Shown piece by piece: positions 12,995 to 25,600 of a stretch of 64,000 nt of DNA (position 1 is its first letter; every line of letters begins with the position of its first letter). The stretch covers positions 684,001 to 748,000 of the forward strand of contig MU058645.1 of the NCBI GenBank assembly GCA_013265495.1, read 5' to 3'. Below the pieces are notes generated by a model. The model worked only from the letters and a program-made list of their open reading frames with translations. It was not told the DNA's origin and did no database searches. This stretch comes from Vicugna vicugna. Lineage: Eukaryota. The position numbers were made by a program, and so were the translations under genes.

Positions 12995-13125
12995 ATTTAA
13001 CAATATTTATGCTATAAACAATCCCATGTGGCCAGTTTCAAGCCACCTTGTCAGGTCACTGGATGCAGAGTTGTGAAAAAATACTTACAACTGGCCCTAA
13101 AACACAGGCTCGTAGCAGCCTGGAC
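12995..13125 (-). mobile_element. MER63-like hAT-Blackjack fragment
   Basis: gtggccagtttcaagccacc..gtcactggatgcagagttg is the reverse complement of the MER63A-type core caactccgcgttcagtgac...gcttgaaatcggccac. Confidence 0.6.
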
Positions 13126-13584
13126 CTCTCACATTAAGGCCGACTGAGGTTTCTCAGCAGGCTCGATTCCAAGTCCAGAGCACTTGCTTACAACACAAAA
13201 ATAATTTGGTTTAGGAATCTTTGGCCCCATGTTGGACGGGCTTCTCTTTACCATAAATTAGAATTTGTTTAGAACAGATATCACAACAGCATTTGGATGT
13301 TTGTTACATTTCATAAGCAAAAGTATTTTATGTTTAAAAAGTAGTTTTAGTTGTCTTAAAAATAACTTTTCCAAAGCAAGTCATACACTCTCTCACTCAG
13401 TCATTTTCACAAGGATTTTCTTGACAGCGCTATGAAAAAGGGGTCCGTACATTTATACCTGTACATTTTTGGGGCATAATTTGGATGATGTGTACTCAGT
13501 GAATTTTCCAGTCATTTTTTTGCCCCCTCTTCTGCCCGACTCTGAGAGTTGTTTAATTTATAAGTTCACCTTCTTCCCTTGCAG

Positions 13585-13723
13585 TTTGTTCTCCTGGATG
13601 AGAACCTTTGCAGACTAAAGACTGGGAGATGTGGGAGCTGAGTAGGAGATGGTGGGGGCAGGGCAGAAAAAACAGCAAGAACCACCAAGCCTTCACCAAG
13701 CCCCCGTCCACTCATCAAAAACA
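13585..13723 (+). ncRNA. Candidate non-coding exon (139 nt)
   Basis: ttcaccttcttcccttgcag| acceptor and ACA|GTGAGT donor; stop codons in all three frames. Confidence 0.25.
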
Positions 13724-15849
13724 GTGAGTTGCTTTAAAGTGTCTCCATACGTTTTTATAAGGCTCCTGTCTTCTCACTTTTTACTGCCAACTAAAAATAG
13801 AATTTCTTCTCAAGACCCAAAGTCATAAAGCTCTTAGGTGACCACATGAACTTGAAAGCATTTGCATTTCTTATGGCTCTTATGTGAGTAAATATGTGGC
13901 CTATTGAATATTGAATATGAAGATCAAGAAAGATGCAGAAAAATCTGATGATGGGTAAAGAAAGATGAAGGTATAAGGGAAAGATGTATAATGGGAAAAG
14001 AAATGATGGGTAAAGAAAAATGAAGAAAAGTACCCATGACTCTAACGTACAATGTCACACAATTGGCTTGGGCCAATAACTCTGGACAGTACACTTTTTG
14101 TTTGTTTGTTTATTTTAATCACTAGTCACCAATGACATGGAAATTTACAACAAGCTGCCTCCAATTGATGAACATCTTGGATGAAGGAAGCTGAAAAATT
14201 TCAAATCCTCAATTCATCATTGTACTGTTCATGTTATTTCTGGGTTTATTTCATCACTCCAAAGAATAGATGAATGGAAATAACTCAGTTGTTTTCATCT
14301 TTGTGCCTCTGAAGTGGTCTTATGCTCTTGAACACATTTCGTGCTTGAAAAAAAATCTCTAGGGTTGCAAATGTTCTGAACGTGTTGAAGCGATACATTC
14401 TTTTTTCAGTTTGACTGTAAAGAACTGATATAGACAAATTTTATGAATTTTAACAATGTCATTTAGAACAAAACATAAATGTGATAGAGCTCAAAAGATT
14501 TTGCATAATCAAGTGCCATACTCAATAACTCCAAGAAAACGCAAAATCGGTCATAAAAAGGGCAAGATGAACTCTATGAAATACAAAATAAAGCCTGTAA
14601 CAATCTAAGCACTGAGGAATTAGTGAAGGTAATTAAATATCGTGAACATTTTCAAAGGAATCAAAAGACATCAGGGACCAAAAAACTAGACATGCATTAA
14701 AAGAGAAATGTTACAATTAGATAATTAGATGAGTATATTTGGGAAACATTACTGTTTTACTCATTATTTGCTTTAACTAAAATTTGAAGCAAAGTAAAAA
14801 TACAAATGAAAGCTGTTCTGAGGGAGTCCAGCTATACGTCTGTAGCTAAAGAATTTTCCAACAGCCTGTAAAAATGTTAAGAAAAAATTAAATAAAAAAG
14901 AAATGCCCAGAGAGAGGTGATTGCTGTGTTGTGCCACTTGGGAGGGACCCCCAGCGGACAGAGGCAGGATGCGCTGGAGTCAGCTGTAAAGACAGACAGT
15001 TCCTCTCAAGATTTACACCTTAAAAAAACAGATCCAAGACTAGAAGCTTTGCCCAAACGCCTTCTCTGTATCTCTTTCTTAAGTGCATAAAGCAAATCAC
15101 GCATCTTTAAAGACTCATTAGGAGAACCAATCTCAAGAAAGGGAATATCACGGACGGTACTGACTGAAAGAAGCCGAACGTGCTGTGGTGGCCTCTGTTT
15201 TGTTAAACACTTTTGAATGCCTGACAGTTTATGTAAACGCAATTTGTTAAATACAGTTCCGAAGGAAAACAAAAACACACTGTCAACTAAATAGCTTATG
15301 ATGCTTTGTATGACTTGATGCTGCAAACCAACCACAAAATCTTGAAAATTCAAATAAACTGAAAACAGAACTAAAAGATAGCAACTGGTAACACCTGCTC
15401 GGTGGGTGTGGCGGGTGGGGGCTGGGAGTTGAGGGACAGGTGGAGCAGTCAGAGTGGATGCTGCAAATTCAGTATAAAATTTAACACAGGTTCACTTAAC
15501 GCAGGCTCAAAGTCTGGTAAGAGTGGGTAGGTGTTCCAAGTCATGGCAGGTAACCAGCCCCGGCAGAAGGGTCTGGGTGAATTCTAGGGTTACTGTGAAC
15601 ACGTGTGACCTCAGAATAACGTCCAGATATGATTCTTCCAACTCAGCACTACAAAGACTTACACAAATGGTAGAGGACCAAGGCTTTTGTTTTCTGCCCT
15701 GGTGGAAGGGAATGTATAGTGTACTGGAGGGGCATTTGGCCAGTTGGGTAGAGTATGTGGCTGTCTACAAGGATCTGATTTCATGAGGTCGATTTGATCT
15801 ACAATGTTTTCTGGCTTTGTCACAGTGATGATGTGTCAATAATACAATG

Positions 15850-16480
15850 GCCTCCAAACTGGCCTCCCAGACTCAACACTACCGAGTTGCTCCAACCCCC
15901 TTCCATTCTGCCCCACAGATGTGTTTCTGAAATGACCACTCTGCTCGTGCTACCTTCCCACATAAACACCTGAGATGATTCCAGTGTTCAGTCTACATTC
16001 TAAATATAATGATGAAGATATTTTACCAACTGGCCCCAATTTACCATTCCATGGCCAGCTGGTAGACAGGGTACCAATTCCCTGGCACCCGTCTACCATT
16101 CCCTGCTAGATACCGGGCCCCTCCCCCGCCTGATCACCAGCTCTTCCCATCTCTTTGAAAGCTCTCCTGCCCCTTCTCTACAAAACTAACAAATCATCTT
16201 CCATTGGTTACTCCCAAGTGTCACCTCTTCAATTTGGTGCCTCTTGAGACCTAACTGTCAGTCTTCCTGGTTTCAAGAGCACTTTACTCGTACACAGTTC
16301 AGAAGGTATCATATTGCATTAAAGTTTACAATATATTCTAACTGTATTATTTGTAGTATGTGTCTGACTCCAGTTAGACTGAAGGCTCTTAAAGGCAGGG
16401 GCAAGTTCTTCTTTCTTTCTGTATCCATCAGCCTTCTCCCAGTGAGCGTTCAGTCAGTAACTGCTAGCTGAATAAACGGA
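15850..16480 (+). mobile_element. L2 LINE 3' region
   Basis: cctccaaactggcctccc...tagactgaaggctcttaaaggcagggg...gctgaataaacgga, a typical L2 3' end. Confidence 0.7.
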
Positions 16481-16739
16481 GTTTTACAAGTTTATGAGTT
16501 TGATTATTGAAAGTTAGTGATTGTCCATGTCACTGGCTTAAAACTACAGTCATAATGCTTAGAATCACCCAGGGAGTTAGCAGTCACCATTCCAAGCAGT
16601 GATAGACTCAGACACATTATACATTTCTTCAAAGGGTCCTGAGCGCTCAACTTCCCTTTGGTAAGCAGGATCATGCATCAACAAGACCTGTATTAGAAAA
16701 ACGTATTCGTAAAATTCATAGCATTAGACATTGTTGCTG

Positions 16740-16870
16740 GGCTCATTTTTCACATGAGAAAACATGGGCACACCAGAAGCTAGACTGATTTACAGGGCTC
16801 TCTTAGTGAATCGCCAACAGAGCCACAGCGAGGAGCCAAGATTTACTGAACTCCCAAGTTAATCTTAGTC
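16740..16870 (-). mobile_element. MIR fragment
   Basis: ctcattttt cacatgagaaaac...agtgaatcgccaacagagcc...gatttactgaactcc. Confidence 0.5.
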
Positions 16871-17699
16871 CATTGAACCATTCTGCGGCACAGTCAAGGT
16901 GGACCCAATGAAAAAGGATAGGGTTGAAACAGCACTCCCCCTGTTATCAGCCACTGACAGCAGGGTATGACCAGAATCTGCCACCTTCCTGGAGGGTAAT
17001 GAGTCAACAATAACTATTTCGTGTTCTCCCTGTATCTCTGGCTGATTTGAAGCAAGCACGTGACACCTGGCCATGGCACTATCTTTAAGCATGAAACAGA
17101 GTAAAGCCAATGAGTAGAGACTGAAACCCATAGAGGTCTAACCTCGTCTGTAAAACTCTACTTAGTTCCAATGGGTAAAGATCTTTCCTGAGCAGTAGAT
17201 GCCTTGAAAATTATATTTTACTGGGGAAAAAAATAAAACTTGCCAAGTTATGCATTGAATGTGACAACCTTCAGTACATTTGGATGTTTCTAAGAAATGT
17301 TTCCTAAATTACATTTGGATGTTCTGCATACTAAGGGAAACAATTTGCATGTCATCAACAGACATGAAAATCCCAAGCTGTGTTAGAAAAACTTTATAAA
17401 CATAAACATTCAGTCTGCCAAATTTTATGCCTAGGTACCAGAGGAGTAATAGCTCACTCATGGCTCTGTACTCATGATGCCAATGGGGTCAAGTCAGTGA
17501 TAGGTATGGTGCTTCCATTAAGGAGAAGAATGAAAACGGTAGGCAGATTTTGGAATGCATAAATAACTACATGAGATAAAAATGGGAAAAAGTGTACAAG
17601 GATACCTTAATCCATGTGAAATCAGTTCTTTTCTGAGTTTAATGTTTCAGAGAAAGTCAGTGCCAAGTAAACACACACATACACACACAAGCCCCCAGG

Positions 17700-17870
17700 G
17701 TGAAGTCCCACCTCTGAAATGTTGTGACCGTGGGACCTTGGGCAAATCACAAACGCTGAGCCTGGCTCCTAATTTACAAAATAAAAATGGCAATGTCTTC
17801 CTCACAGGACTACTGTGAGTATTCAAATAAATAAAGACCTGAAAATCTGTTATAAACTGGGAAAAGCTTC
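17700..17870 (+). mobile_element. MIR fragment
   Basis: gtgggaccttgggcaaatcac...ctgagcct...aaaatggcaat...cctcacaggactactgtgagtattcaaata. Confidence 0.7.
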
Positions 17871-20260
17871 TTACAGATACGCATTAGAAACAGCAGCAAA
17901 ATATATGTCACGAAGCCCGAAGTGCGAAAACCCAGTGAGATGCAGATAAACGTAAAGGTACAAATGACCCATCTTAAGTGTATGTTTTTAGCAGGGTTCC
18001 ATCATTTTCTAATTCTTGAATGAGGGCTCCATTTATAGAAAGAAACTTCGATTATTGCTGTTTATGCACAAAACAAGTCTGTTGGTTACTTGACACCTGT
18101 CCTCACGTGGGAAGCTGCCCCTGGGGGTCCAACCAATTGAGACCTACGTGCCCTGCAGTGCCCCCCACCCCCACCACCTGTTCCTCTCCTGCGTGGAGCC
18201 TCGGAAGCATCAGTGCCAACCATCGCGGGAAAGGCAACCTCCCCGTCCAAGTCCAGGAGCGGTGCTCACGGAAGAAGCTTCTCTATCTTTACTCGCTCTT
18301 CTGTTTTCTTTCTGTTTTCTCCCACTTTCATATTTTTATTCCGTTTTCAGTGAGCTTATTGCACCCTTTCCTTGGTGACTCCTGCTCCTCCCCCAGCCCC
18401 GTTCCGTTCTCGGGCGCCCCTTGCCTGTCCTCTCCCCGCGGTCCTGTCCTCGCCTCTCCGCCTTCTGCCTTCGTCTTCTCCCGGGCAACGCAGGCACCTT
18501 GCCGAGGGCACCTACCTTTAGGGACCCACGAAGTGTTTTCATTTCTTTTAGAATCGGAAGAGACAGTGAATTTTTAGGTCAAACAAAATGTGTTAGTAAA
18601 CAGTATAAACATAGTCATCTCTATACCGAGTGGTGAAGCAGACTTGCTCAGATGTGCTTTACATGGAAGAAGGACCGTAGGCGACAGTCCCCAGGGCGCC
18701 CGCGTCTTCCCAAGGCCCCGTCTTCTTCCTCTGCTGAAAGTTATCAGCACACTACAAAAGTAAAGTCCACTTCGTCATTTTTCAACGTTTTCCCAGCAAC
18801 CAAGTCAGTCGCTGACCTTTCTGGGTTCTCATGGCACTTTGAACATATGTATCCATTCCTGCAGGGATTCCACTCACATCAATTGTCTTCTGACTGAGCC
18901 TCAGTGAACTGTGAGCACTTTGCAAGCCTGAACCTGTTTACTATTGCAGGAGAGTAGTCAGTGTTTCATATTCCACCTAATCAGTACACGAATCGGGAAA
19001 TAATCAGTGACTTACACTGCGCCCACTGGTGCTGCTGGCTCACTCAACGAGGTACACACACCACGCACCAGCCAAACAGGGCAGAAGCCCCAGGAGGAGG
19101 GGATAGGTCACGGCCATGTCAGAAATTTAGAGGTAGGTGGTGAAACCATCCACCACGCCACTCCCTGGTGGAGAAGAGGTAAGATGCCCAGGGTCCACTC
19201 ACTGCCGTAGATGCAGTAACAGGAATCGTGCAGATTTTGAGTAGGTTAGGTCTGTTCATCTTACATACCTGTTTGCCAACGATAATTTCCATGTACAGAT
19301 TCGAAGTAGCTAGCAGCACACAAATGATTATATATTTATGCACACAACAAGCCAATCATTATCCATACTAACTGAAGTCCAGTTGATTGAGGCAGCAGAA
19401 TTCCCAAGGGAAAAAAGGACCCTGGAATTATCCTGCAATTGCATGATCTTAGCGTTTAGGGAAAGATGGTCCTTGGATCAGATGGAGGGATGTTTACACC
19501 TGAAGGGAGGAAACAAGAACAAAGTAAGAGACGAAACAGATCTGAGGCTACACATTCACGTTTCCAGCACTTCCACTTAGGCAAGCCCCCTTTTCAAGGT
19601 CAGAATAGTATTATTTCCTAGTTTCTCATTAGGTAGCTTGACACAGTTTAAAAGCACCACATGTACTTCTGAGTTGGATAACACACAAAGGAAGTGTGTG
19701 TGACAATTACTGCTGAAAAGAATCCTAAATCAGGATTTATGGCTCTTGAACTCAAACAAATGTCTTGGTAGGTGGGTAACTCCAAACCTCCCAGTGAAAG
19801 AATGAGGCACTGGCTGAATCGGGACCCATGTGAGTGTGTGTCTGCCCGAGAAAACAGTTGAGACTTAAAATATTCGACTTGGAAGCAACAAAAGTGTCAT
19901 CTTCCCTCTAGAACTTTCAGTTTTCCTCGTGTCTTTTCGTGGCTGTAAAATTATATTCATTAACAAAGCCCCCGGGAAAGCTGCCTGGGCTGAGTGGCAG
20001 CTGGAAACAAGGCTGCAGAATGAGACTAAACGTGATCCTGGGGTCTGCACCAGCCCACGGCCCTCGAAAGCTGAGACTAAGCAGCCCGGCAAGCGGGGCT
20101 GCCCCTGCCGGTGAAGTCGCTGCAGCCCCGCCGGCACTTGCGGGGTGACCCACTCAAACTAGGCGGGCTGGCCTCGAAGCACAGAGTCTAATGCTGCCCT
20201 GACAAGCTTGAAAGTCAAAATGGAAAAAGGGGAAGTAAAGGAAGAGCTTAGTCTTGCTAG

Positions 20261-20398
20261 TCAATACCTTGTAATAGCCTGTGATGAAAAAGGATAGGAA
20301 AAGAAACAGACATGCACGTGTCACTGAATCACTATGCCGTACACCAGAAATAACACAACACATAAATCGACTAAACTTCAATTAAAACATGCAAAAAA
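20261..20398 (+). mobile_element. L1 3'-terminal fragment
   Basis: caataccttgtaatagcct...actgaatcactatgccgtacaccagaaataacacaac...acttcaattaaaa followed by an A tail. Confidence 0.9.
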
Positions 20399-20612
20399 GG
20401 GGGAGAGGGTAGAGCTCAGTGGTAGAGCACATGCTTAGCATGGAGGAGGTCCTGGGTTCAATCCCCAGCACTGCCAGAAACTGACACAACATAGTAAACT
20501 GACTGCACTTCAATAAAAAATATATACACAAATATATAAATACAAAAATGTGAATAAATGAGCCTAATTACCTCCCCCCCAAAAAGTTTAAAAAATAAAA
20601 ATTAAAAATAAA
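20399..20612 (+). mobile_element. Camelid-type tRNA-derived SINE with an internal short L1 3'-end insert (20474-20520)
   Basis: A-box agctcagtggtagag, B-box ggttcaatccc, tail aataaatgagcctaattacctccccccc plus A-rich end. Confidence 0.9.
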
Positions 20613-21360
20613 ACCTTTCCGAAAATGCGAAAGGAAAAAAACCCAAAACCAAAAAACTGTAAGTGGCATCTTTCCTTCCTTCAGCAAACACTCTGGAGCC
20701 CTGAGCGTCGGGCACGGCAGGCACTTGGGTGGGAGAAAATAAACAGGCAGAGCAGTACGTGCTGGCTCCGCCCTCGGGAAGTTCAGGAGGGGAGACCTGG
20801 GAAAGGTGACCTGGCGGCACAGAGGCGCCTAGGACTGGAAGCTATCCCAGCCACAGTCGGAGGCAGACAATCGCAGCGTTCCTCCTTCACTATTCCTTTG
20901 TATTCTGGTCCACGGGATCACTGGGGTTGGAAGAGACTGGTTTGACTCGTTTTGCTGTTTTCGGCAGTAATTCACATGCCTCCGGCCCCTGCCAGGTCCC
21001 GGAGAGCCTCTGCCCACGGATGACTCTGTAATGACCTGCTGCTCACATGTAAGTGAAGGTTGATCCAGAACCCCCAGCCTGTCTTTTAATTAGGCTAGAG
21101 ATTTCAGTGTTGAGGCTGAAGGTTTTCCTCTCTGTTAAACCTTTCGTTTCATGGGCTGGGCAAAGGAGGAACGAAGCCCGCGGGCCCGTCTGGGAGGACG
21201 AGCGCACATGTTCCGTCGGTGACGGCCACGCTGGGCTCTCATCAAGTAACTAGTGTTTTCTTCCCTCTCAGGTATGTTTCCCAAACTTGCTAAAGTCACC
21301 TTTGGTGACTAGCATACAACTTAATTAGTTTTTATGATAAATACTTCTTTAAAATTGTTT

Positions 21361-21480
21361 GGGGGGCGTATAGCTCAGTGGTAGAGCACATGCTTAACAT
21401 GCGCATGGTGCTGGGTTCAATCCCCTCTATCTCCACGAAAACAAATAAATAACTAAATATTTTTTTAATTGAAAAAAAAA
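21361..21480 (+). mobile_element. Camelid-type tRNA-derived SINE (short form)
   Basis: ggggggcgtatagctcagtggtagagcacatgcttaacatg...ctgggttcaatccc followed by an A-rich tail. Confidence 0.9.
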
Positions 21481-21509
21481 AGACTAAGTCAGTTAGCCTT
21501 GAAAAATAA

Positions 21510-22634
21510 GTATTTATTGGAGTATAGCCGGTTTACAGTGTTGTGTTAGTTTCTAGTGCACAGCGTGGTGGTTCAGTTATACTTAAATATATATCCCTTT
21601 TCCTATTCTTTTTCATTATAGGCTGTTACAAGATACTGGACATAGCTTCCTGTGCTCTGCAGGAGGACCTTGCTGTTTATCTATTTTATGTATAGTAGTT
21701 AGTGTCTGCAAATTCCAAAGTCCCAATTTATGCTTCTCCACCCCTTTTCCCCTCCGTTACCATAGGTTTCTTTTCTATGTCTGTAAGTCTGTCTCTGTTT
21801 TGTAAATAAATTCATTTGTGTGTCTCTCTCTCTTTCTTTTTTTAAGATTCCACATATAAGTGATATTGAGACAGAAAGGAAGGGCGCAGGACACAGACAT
21901 TCAAAGAATGACACAGCATTTAACACCAAGATGGAGAAAGATTCAACTCCCAGTAGGTCTTGAGGCCCAAGATGGGGGAAGATTTGAGCTTTATTATGTG
22001 CTCCTTGTAACATATGAGCATGGTAAAGGACACTCCCACAGGCACCATGACAGTTCCAAGGCTGACCATAAAAGGTCATAGAGTGGGTGGTGGCCGAATT
22101 CCTAGGAATCCCTGCCCACTCCCGAAACTTGTTGGAGTAATTCTCCCACTTGTTAGCATATAAGGTTACCAAGCCCATAAAACCTAGCAACCCCCACACC
22201 TCCTGGCCTCCCTCTTGCCTTCTGAGGTGGCCTGCACTCTGTCTATGGAAAGTACATCTCTCTGAATAAATCTACTTTTACTCAATTGTGGCTTGCTCTT
22301 GAATTTTGTTCCTAGTGAAGCCAAGGACCCATACTTGATGGGGTGCATCCCAGGGAGTCGACCAAGACCTGAGACACAACCATCCTCTCACCCTGCATTT
22401 TCCATATTTTTCTTTCTCTTTCTGGCTTACTTCACTTAGAAGACAATCTCCAGTTCCATCCATGTTGCTGCAAATGGCATTATTTTATTCTTTTTGATGG
22501 CTGAGTAGTATTCCATTGTATAAATATACCACAACTTCTTTATCCAATCTGTTGATGGACATTTAGTTTGCTTTCATGTCTTAGCTGTTGTAAATACTGC
22601 TGCTGTGAACATTGGGGTGCATGTATCTTTTCAA
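21510..22634 (-). mobile_element. L1 3'UTR (5'-truncated), interrupted by a solo LTR
   Basis: tttattggagtatag...gattccacatataagtgatat resumes after the LTR as tatttttctttctctttctggcttacttcac...ggtgcatgtatcttttca; perfect 15-bp direct repeat atgataaatacttct at 21334-21348 and 22635-22649. Confidence 0.92.
21867..22404 (+). mobile_element. ERV1-like solo LTR
   Basis: Starts TG(AGACAG), TATA-like cataaa near 22176, AATAAA at 22265-22270, U5-like gaagccaaggacc; it splits colinear L1 sequence. The 3' terminus and TSD appear eroded. Confidence 0.8.
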
Positions 22635-22656
22635 ATGATAAATACTTCTGTTACGA

Positions 22657-22674
22657 TGATGATGATGATGATGA
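22657..22674. repeat. (GAT)6 microsatellite
   Basis: gatgatgatgatgatgat. Confidence 0.9.
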
Positions 22675-25600
22675 TTACTTCTTAGCTCTGAACAAGAAAT
22701 CTTCCCTGAGTTTTTTGAGATAATAATGCACTGGGTTTAATATATAATGACCAAAAAACTCTTTCAGTATATAAACCTCAGAAATATTATCAAAAGGGAA
22801 GAGCTCTTGCTCTGTAACAAAAATGCAGGGCTTTCTCCAACCTGTCAGCATATTAGTAAGAACATTTGGGGCTACATTTTTCACACTCACCCAGAAATAA
22901 AATTGACATGCTAATGATGACTAGCAGGCGAGATCTTGTCCCACAAGAATAAATCTGCTTCATCTGCTGCTCCTGGTCTCTCTGTGATGGCTGCTGGCAG
23001 GACGCCTTACACCCACCGACACCTAAAAAGTACTCACTAAAGATGACAATTCCTATCTGTCCTCACACGGGAAAAGGACCGCTGCCTGTCTGATGCCACT
23101 GGCGCTGTGCCACCCAAATCACAAATGCCAGCAGCAGGTGGGTTTGGGGGCAACAGAGTGAGTGTGTGTGGGGGCCCCCCAGAGGGGAATCGTGCCAGGC
23201 CCCACTCTTTCCCAAACTGCACCCACCTGATGGGGAGGAAGGAAGGGAGACTCCCCAGTGGCTGCAACACCAGTCAAACCAGCACTTCAATCTGCTGGGC
23301 ATTTTATTAGAATCTCAGAGGCAGAAAACTTGCCTAAACAAACCATTTCTCAGTGCAGAGAAGTAAACCTACAACCTCATATATTTATAACGTTGCTCTG
23401 GGGAGAGAGTATAAAAGGAATTTTCACAAAGGCATAGCATCTCTGATTTTTAAATATTTCAAATACAGGAAAAGTACCAAATAACTTCAATTCTGCAATT
23501 CTGGCAAGAACTTAAAAATCTTTAGTTTTTATAAGCAGATTGTTTGGTTGGCAACTGTAACAGTAATTCACCTTTCCTTTAGAAAACTCCACTGTTTCCT
23601 GATGTTAGCGAAACTCCATTAGCACAAAAGGTTGCTGGTCTTTTTTCTCTTTTTTCCTGTTACTGGTTTTAAACTCTTTAATGACATGACAACAGAGGCT
23701 CTAAACCTCTGTCTTTAGCCTCAACCTAATGAAACCTAACTGGAAAATGATAAAGTGATAGAAATCCCAGACTTTGAGGTCTTTCTTTTTTTAATTGCCA
23801 ATTTTCTCCATGGCACTGAGGCATTAATCCTTGAAGAGTAGAAGGCAGACTTGCCAATAACCCAGCAGAGAAGGGTCCTGGGAGTAAGAGAAGCAGGAAG
23901 CTCATAACTGTGGGAGAACTCCCTCCAGCTCCCCAGAAACTACTATTGAATCTTGTGAACCCTCCCCACTCCCACCCTGCCTGCCCCCCACCCCACCCCG
24001 GGTCTGGACAACCGCCCAGAGCAGCATTGGTATTCAAATGAGTCTGCCAATCCCAGCCTGGCACGGCTCGTGGTGGCCTGTCAGTACAGGGCTTGAAGAA
24101 AAGGTAGCAGATCTCAGATCCAGGGAGACCCAGCCAGATTTCCAACTCGTCCAGAATATATGTCATCAGCCTGTAAAGCGAGCTGCCTGGAGGTGAGAAG
24201 TGGTTTTCTTCTCCACCTTTATTTGATGTTCATTAAAACAAAAATAACCAGAAGACCATGCACCTCCAACAGAGATTTAAAAAGAAAGAGGAAGGGGCTA
24301 TGTGGAGTCAAGCCACTCATTCAGCTCAGCACTGGTTTCCATGGGAACAAGAGAGGCTTTGTGCGGCTCTAGCACGTCCCCACCCCCCGCCCTACCCCAT
24401 GGCCTGGGCTCTGCCCTGGGTCTGCATTTGTGTGGCCAACTTTTTTCTGTGTCACTTGCTGTCCCCGCCCCCATGGGTCCCCAGCAACATCACCCATCAC
24501 CACCACAGAAGCAAAAAGAAAAGAACTCAACTCTTTGAGCTGAATTAAATCACGAAGCACAAAAGTGTCTAGGCGATGAGGAGTCAGGATTCTGCCCCAA
24601 GGACCACGACCATCCTGTGGTTTTTGGCCTCATTTTTTATCCCTTCTTCAAGTAAGTTGTGACAGCGATTTCTTAACTCTTCGTGCCTAACACACACACA
24701 TTTACGTATCAGTTTTAAGTTCTCACGTGCATAAAATGCCATGGGCACATTGGATATTATAGAAAAGCAATAATAATGATAATATAAATGGAACATGGTC
24801 AGAGGAGCAGGTTTAAAGCAAACTGAGCTCAGCAAAAATTTCAAATGTTGATGTTTTCTGTTTATGTCAAGTGCACATGTGGCGGGGGTGGGCGGTGGGG
24901 GGGAGAGGAAGGAACTTTTAGAAGAAGCTCATCTCTGCTTACCTGGAATGAGAGAGGCCATGCAGTGCTCAGACCACCAGGTCAGGTAAAACCCAAAGTT
25001 CATCTTCTCTATTTGAACGAATATCTTTAATTTGGCACTTTATTTCTGATTCATTTTGACTTTTAAATTAAAAAAGGGAAATATTTATGAATCGATTACT
25101 CAGAGGCTGCCATGAAAAGCATTTTAGCACGTAAATCCTCATTGTTTTACTCAGTATCAAGATTTTACTTATTATTATTAAAGGCAAAGCATATTTCTTA
25201 ACATTGTTCATAAATCACCACTAAAATATGTCGTGCTACAAGCTCCTTAGCTTCCAAAGACACTCTTTCCTTTTAAAGCTTTACGCAGCACTTCAAAGTC
25301 TCCCTCTGACAAAGCTTAGTGCTGTTCAGAGGCGAACGTCAGATTCCAAGACGTCTGAGTTTTGTTTGTAAGTATTTATTTAGGAGATCTGCAATTCATT
25401 TTCTTTTGCAAGATGAAATGTCAATTTTCATCGTTTAGATTCACACTCTTAAAAAAAAGAAGTTTAACCTACTTATGTGTAACGGAGTTGCAATCTTACA
25501 GTTTTGAAAGGTCTCTTGGGATATAGGACATGAAAGGAGTTATTAAAGATTGAGGGTCATTTCAAGCCTTAGTGAATAAGAAATACGATTTGTTCATAAA

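Noticed and set aside
17801..17823. 7-nt microexon (cacag|gactact|gtgagt)
   Set aside because: Lies within a MIR whose consensus generates these motifs.
20399..20475. tRNA gene (also 21361-21435)
   Set aside because: A and B boxes are present, but the A-rich SINE tails, insertion context and mismatched acceptor stems indicate tRNA-derived SINEs.
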